Of a stretch of DNA of 64,000 nucleotides, positions 58,843-64,000 are shown in pieces; the first letter of the stretch is position 1, and each line of letters begins with the position of its first letter. The notes under the pieces were generated by a model. The model was not told the origin of the DNA. It was given only the letters and a program-made list of their open reading frames with translations, and searched no databases. The DNA comes from an uncultured bacterium (GTDB lineage: Bacteria; Abyssobacteria; SURF-5), in NCBI GenBank assembly GCA_964607485.1, contig CAZSKP010000001.1:96001-160000 (forward strand), read 5' to 3'. The translations under genes were made by a program, and so were the position numbers.

Positions 58843-59809
58843 ACGGAATAATGCGGCAAGCGGTCCGGCCCATGCGACGGTTCTGCGAGAGGCGGCAGTT
58901 GACCTGCTCGCGTGTTCGCCGGGTAACGTGGTTGTGGACGGCACGGTCGGCGGCGGGGGGCACGCCGAGCTGATTCTCGAACGAATCGGCCCGACCGGCC
59001 GCCTGATCGGAATTGATTGGGACCGCAGGGCCATCGAGCTTGCGCGCGAGCGATTGGGCGCCGCGCCCAATGTTACGCTGGTTCGCGAAAATTTTCGGAG
59101 CCTGGCGGAGATATTGGAGCGCATGGGTTTGGCCGGGATGGACTCCCTGCTATTGGATTTGGGCCTCTCCTCATTTCAACTCGAAGAAGCAAACCGGGGT
59201 TTCAGCTTCAGGGCAGAAGGCCCTCTGGACATGCGGATGAGCGAGCGGATGCAGGCCACGGCGGCCGACATAATCAACACTTATTCCGAGCGAGAAATCG
59301 CAGACCTCCTGAGGAGATTCGGAGAGGAGCCGAATGCTCGGAGGATTGCGAAGGCAGTCGTCGGGCAGCGCGCAAAGGGCGCCATCCGCACGACGAGCGA
59401 GTTGGCCGATATCGTTCGGAGATGCGCGCCGCAGCGACCTCACCGCGCCAAGATAGACCCCGCCACAAGGACGTTTCAGGCGCTTCGCATCGAGGTCAAT
59501 TCGGAGCTCGACAATCTCCAAAACGTCCTGGACGACGGCATCTCATTGCTCAGGCCGAAGGGTCGCATATGCGTGATATCGTTTCATTCGCTCGAGGACA
59601 GGATAGTCAAGCAGACGTTTGCCCGGGCCGCTCGGGGGTGTGTCTGCCCGCCCGAGCTGCCGCAGTGCGTGTGCGGACGGAAACCCGTGTTGAGGATATT
59701 GACGCCGAAACCCGTCAGACCGTCGAAAGAGGAAGTTGGGGCGAATCCTCGTTCCCGCAGCGCCAAGCTGAGGGCCGGCGAGAAGGTTGCGGGGGAGACA
59801 TCGCATTGA
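58832..59809 (+). CDS. rsmH: 16S rRNA m4C1402 methyltransferase
   Basis: DGTVGGGGH, DLGLSSFQL, PLDMRM, FQALRIEVN, FHSLEDRIVK, NPRSRSAKLR. Confidence 0.97.
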   Translation: MASERNNAASGPAHATVLREAAVDLLACSPGNVVVDGTVGGGGHAELILERIGPTGRLIGIDWDRRAIELARERLGAAPNVTLVRENFRSLAEILERMGLAGMDSLLLDLGLSSFQLEEANRGFSFRAEGPLDMRMSERMQATAADIINTYSEREIADLLRRFGEEPNARRIAKAVVGQRAKGAIRTTSELADIVRRCAPQRPHRAKIDPATRTFQALRIEVNSELDNLQNVLDDGISLLRPKGRICVISFHSLEDRIVKQTFARAARGCVCPPELPQCVCGRKPVLRILTPKPVRPSKEEVGANPRSRSAKLRAGEKVAGETSH

Positions 59810-60312
59810 AGAGCACACAGAAAAAGAAAAAGCCGGACAAGAAAAAGAAAAGACGTCCGAAAAGCATCGCCAAGCGGAATCTGAAACATTCGCTCCGCTT
59901 TCTTCCCGCGGGTATTCTGCTTATGGTAACCGCCTTCATATATACGTGGCAGCATACCCGCCTGACCATCATCGTGCTTCCCATCGAAGACTTGAGGGCC
60001 AAGAAAAGAGACCTCATCAAACAGAACGATTCCATCCGCCTCCGCATCGAACAATTACAAGCTCCCGCACGCATCGAATCGATTGCACGCAACAAGCTGG
60101 GGATGGTCTCGCCGCAAAAATGGCAGGTGGTGGCTCTGGACGAGCCGACTCAACCGCCGGAAGCGGCCCCCGAGACAAACCAGCTGGCCGACCGCAGACC
60201 CCCGTCCGCTACAAAATCGGCCGGACTGTTTGGATTCCTGAAGAAACACGGAAGTCTTGGCAACACCTCGCAACAACACAAACCGCCGGAGACAACAGAG
60301 AAATCCGGTTGA
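59806..60312 (+). CDS. ftsl: Cell division protein FtsL
   Basis: Basic N-terminus, one TM, coiled coil, RIESIARNKLGM; between rsmH and ftsI; TTG start inferred. Confidence 0.8.
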   Translation: MKSTQKKKKPDKKKKRRPKSIAKRNLKHSLRFLPAGILLMVTAFIYTWQHTRLTIIVLPIEDLRAKKRDLIKQNDSIRLRIEQLQAPARIESIARNKLGMVSPQKWQVVALDEPTQPPEAAPETNQLADRRPPSATKSAGLFGFLKKHGSLGNTSQQHKPPETTEKSG

Positions 60313-60354
60313 AGCAGGTTCTGTGTTTCATCCCGTTGGTTCGTAAGCTTAGCC

Positions 60355-62396
60355 TTGGAAAGCCTGAAGATGCGAGGAGACCTGGCATTCAAGTCTCCCG
60401 GCTCGGTTCTGGCCGGAGAAAAACTGGAGAGTCCCGGCAGATTCCGGGCCAAGCTGTGTCTGTGCCTGTTGCTCGCCGGATTCACGGCGGTGGGAATAAA
60501 GCTTGTGGACATCCAGGTCTTCCAATACGACTTCTGGGTCCGATACGTTGACGACCAGAGGAAGACCGCCATCATCATCTATCCCCAGCGGGGAACGATT
60601 TATGACCGCAACAAGAGGCCCCTGGCGACCTCGGTGGTGCAAGAGGTTCTCTGCGTGGTTCCGTCACGCGTCACCGACGTTGCGAAGCTTGCCGCCGCCC
60701 TGTCTCCGTATGCAAAGATGCCCGCCGGAAAAATTATCGAGAAGATTCGGAACACCCAGTTGTATCTGATATATCTGCGTCGGGGACTCGACGTGGAGAC
60801 CGTGGAAAAAATCAAAGCGATGAAGCTCGACGGCGTCGAGTTCCGCAGCGAAAGCTCGCGTCACTATCCCAAAGGTGTTCTTGCCAGCAACGTGATGGGT
60901 TTTGCAAATCTGGACAACAAAGGGTTGGAAGGACTCGAGTACAAATTCGACGCCCGACTTGCCGGAGAGGCTGGAAAGCAGATTGTAATCAAAGACAATT
61001 CGAGAAGAGAAATCGTGTCGCTTGCCCGAACGGTAAAGGAAGCGCGCGACGGCGACCATATCGTCTTGACAATCGACGAAATTATTCAGTATATTACCGA
61101 GAAGGCGCTTGACGGGATTGTGGAGTCGTTTTCACCCGATAGCGTCTCGGCGGTTGTGATAGACCCGAGAACGGGCGAAGTGCTGGCCATGGCGTGCAGG
61201 CCGACCTTCGTTCCCAATAAGCCGTCCACCTACAAGGCTGAAAGGCTCCGAAACCGCGTCGTAACGGATGTATTTGAGCCGGGCTCCTCGTTCAAACCGA
61301 TAGCGGCCGCTGCTGCGCTCGAGGGCAACGTGATCACTCCGGAAGATCGCGTGTACTGCGAGCTTGGCTTACTGCGATATCACGGCCATACCTTCCACGA
61401 CGTCCATCCCTTCGCCGAGATATCGTTCGCCGATGTGATAGCGCAGTCGAGCAACATCGGCATGATCAAGGTTGTAAGCCTGCTCGAGCCGCAGTACCTT
61501 TACAGCTACATCAGTGGTTTCGGATTCGGAAAGCTCACCGGAATCGACCTCCCCGGAGAATCTGCTGGAATCGTCCATCCGCCGTCGAAGTGGTCAGGCC
61601 TTTCAATGGGGTCGATCCCCATCGGCCAGGAAATAAGCGTGACATGTTTGCAGCTTGCGGTCGCCTTTTCCGCCATCGCAAACGACGGGGTCCTGATGAG
61701 ACCGTATCTGGTCTCGGAAGTCTTGAGTCCTAAATTGGAAACTCTCGAAAAGAACCGTCCCCAATCCGTTCGACCGGTGATAAAGCCAAAGACCGCAAAG
61801 AGTCTGAAGAAAATGTTGGAGCGCGTGGTAACTTCCGGCACCGGCGAGGAGGCGAGGCTCGCCGGGTACGATTGCGCGGGGAAGACGGGAACCGCGCAAA
61901 AGCCCGACCTCTTGAACGGGGGCTATTACGATCACAAATATGTCTCCGTATTCGCAGGATTTGTCTCGGCTGAGGACACTGTGGCCTGCATAGTCGTCGT
62001 CGCGGACTCGCCCAAGGGAAAGAAATATTACGGGGGACAAGTGGCTGCCCCCGCGTTCAAGGAAATCGCGCAGGGAATACTGAATCATCTCGAGATTCCC
62101 CCCGTGAAGCCCGAGGAGCAGCTTTCTCCCGAGCCCGACAAGCCGTTGATTGCCCACACTCCGGCAACCAAGGAAGCCTACACGCGACCCCTCGTTCTCA
62201 ACGACGTGGACGGCGTTCCCATAATGCCGGATGTCAGAGGGATGACGATGAGGGCGGTACTGGACTTATTGTCCGAATATTCCTCCCGCTTCGAGTTCGA
62301 GGGCTCGGGCGTTGCATTCCGTCAGGAGCCGGCTCCGAAGGAAAAGATATTGAGCGGGCACAAGTACCAGATCGCCTTCAAGAGAAGAGATGTCCG

Positions 62397-62400
<4 letters not shown>
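60355..62400 (+). CDS. ftsI: Class B PBP FtsI with C-terminal PASTA domain
   Basis: RGTIYDRN, EPGSSFK, SSN, GKTGTAQ, MPDVRGM; start uncertain. Confidence 0.93.
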
Positions 62401-63887
<1,487 letters not shown>

Positions 63888-63890
63888 ACG

Positions 63891-64000
63891 ATGGAGAGAA
63901 TGACAGTCGGTGAATTGGCCGCTCTGTGCGGGGGCAAGCTGCTGAGGGGCGACCCGAAGTGGGAAGTGCCCGGCATCTCCACCGACAGCCGGACCATTCA
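63891..64000 (+). CDS. murF: MurF, N-terminal fragment (runs off window)
   Basis: MERMTVGELAALCGG..GISTDSRTI directly after murE. Confidence 0.8.
   Translation, partial: MERMTVGELAALCGGKLLRGDPKWEVPGISTDSRTI

Noticed and set aside
59017-59805. Apparent 431-aa FtsL fusion
   Set aside because: The upstream part is an alternate frame of rsmH; FtsL-like sequence starts near 59806.

Overview
Chromosomal window from a GC-rich, probably anaerobic and flagellated bacterium. The lineage cannot be fixed from the sequence alone. In order it holds: a GT-C-type membrane glycosyltransferase, small Cys-rich and membrane proteins, and two PilZ genes; a ~12 kb minus-strand housekeeping run (L20 leader, infC with ATA start, rpmI, rplT, hisA, tyrA, tmk, holB, ricT/PSP1, metG, TatD-radical SAM fusion, trpS, scpA, yraN, TIM-barrel, GNAT); a divergent flagellar export/switch cluster (fliQ, fliR, flhB, flhA, flhF, flhG, fliM, fliY/N, fliA, unknown, fliK-like, flhB-C-like); an accessory patch with a MITE-like element, an IS481 with flanking direct repeats and a low-GC membrane gene; a 9-gene V/A-type ATPase with a Na+-type K subunit; add, wecB and several accessory genes behind sigma54-type promoters; a five-gene module (GltD-like flavoprotein fused to a ferredoxin, a divergent 2-oxoacid:ferredoxin oxidoreductase, a SauT/oxalate-type acyl-CoA ligase); and the start of the dcw cluster, with a non-phosphorylatable STAS gene between mraZ and rsmH. 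The best candidates for undescribed biology are (1) a two-copy ~75-nt structured non-coding element carrying an anti-Shine-Dalgarno motif (29273-29349, 46113-46186), (2) the oxidoreductase/ligase module and (3) the STAS gene in the dcw operon. No tRNA, rRNA or CRISPR array was seen. All family calls come from motif recognition, not database searches.
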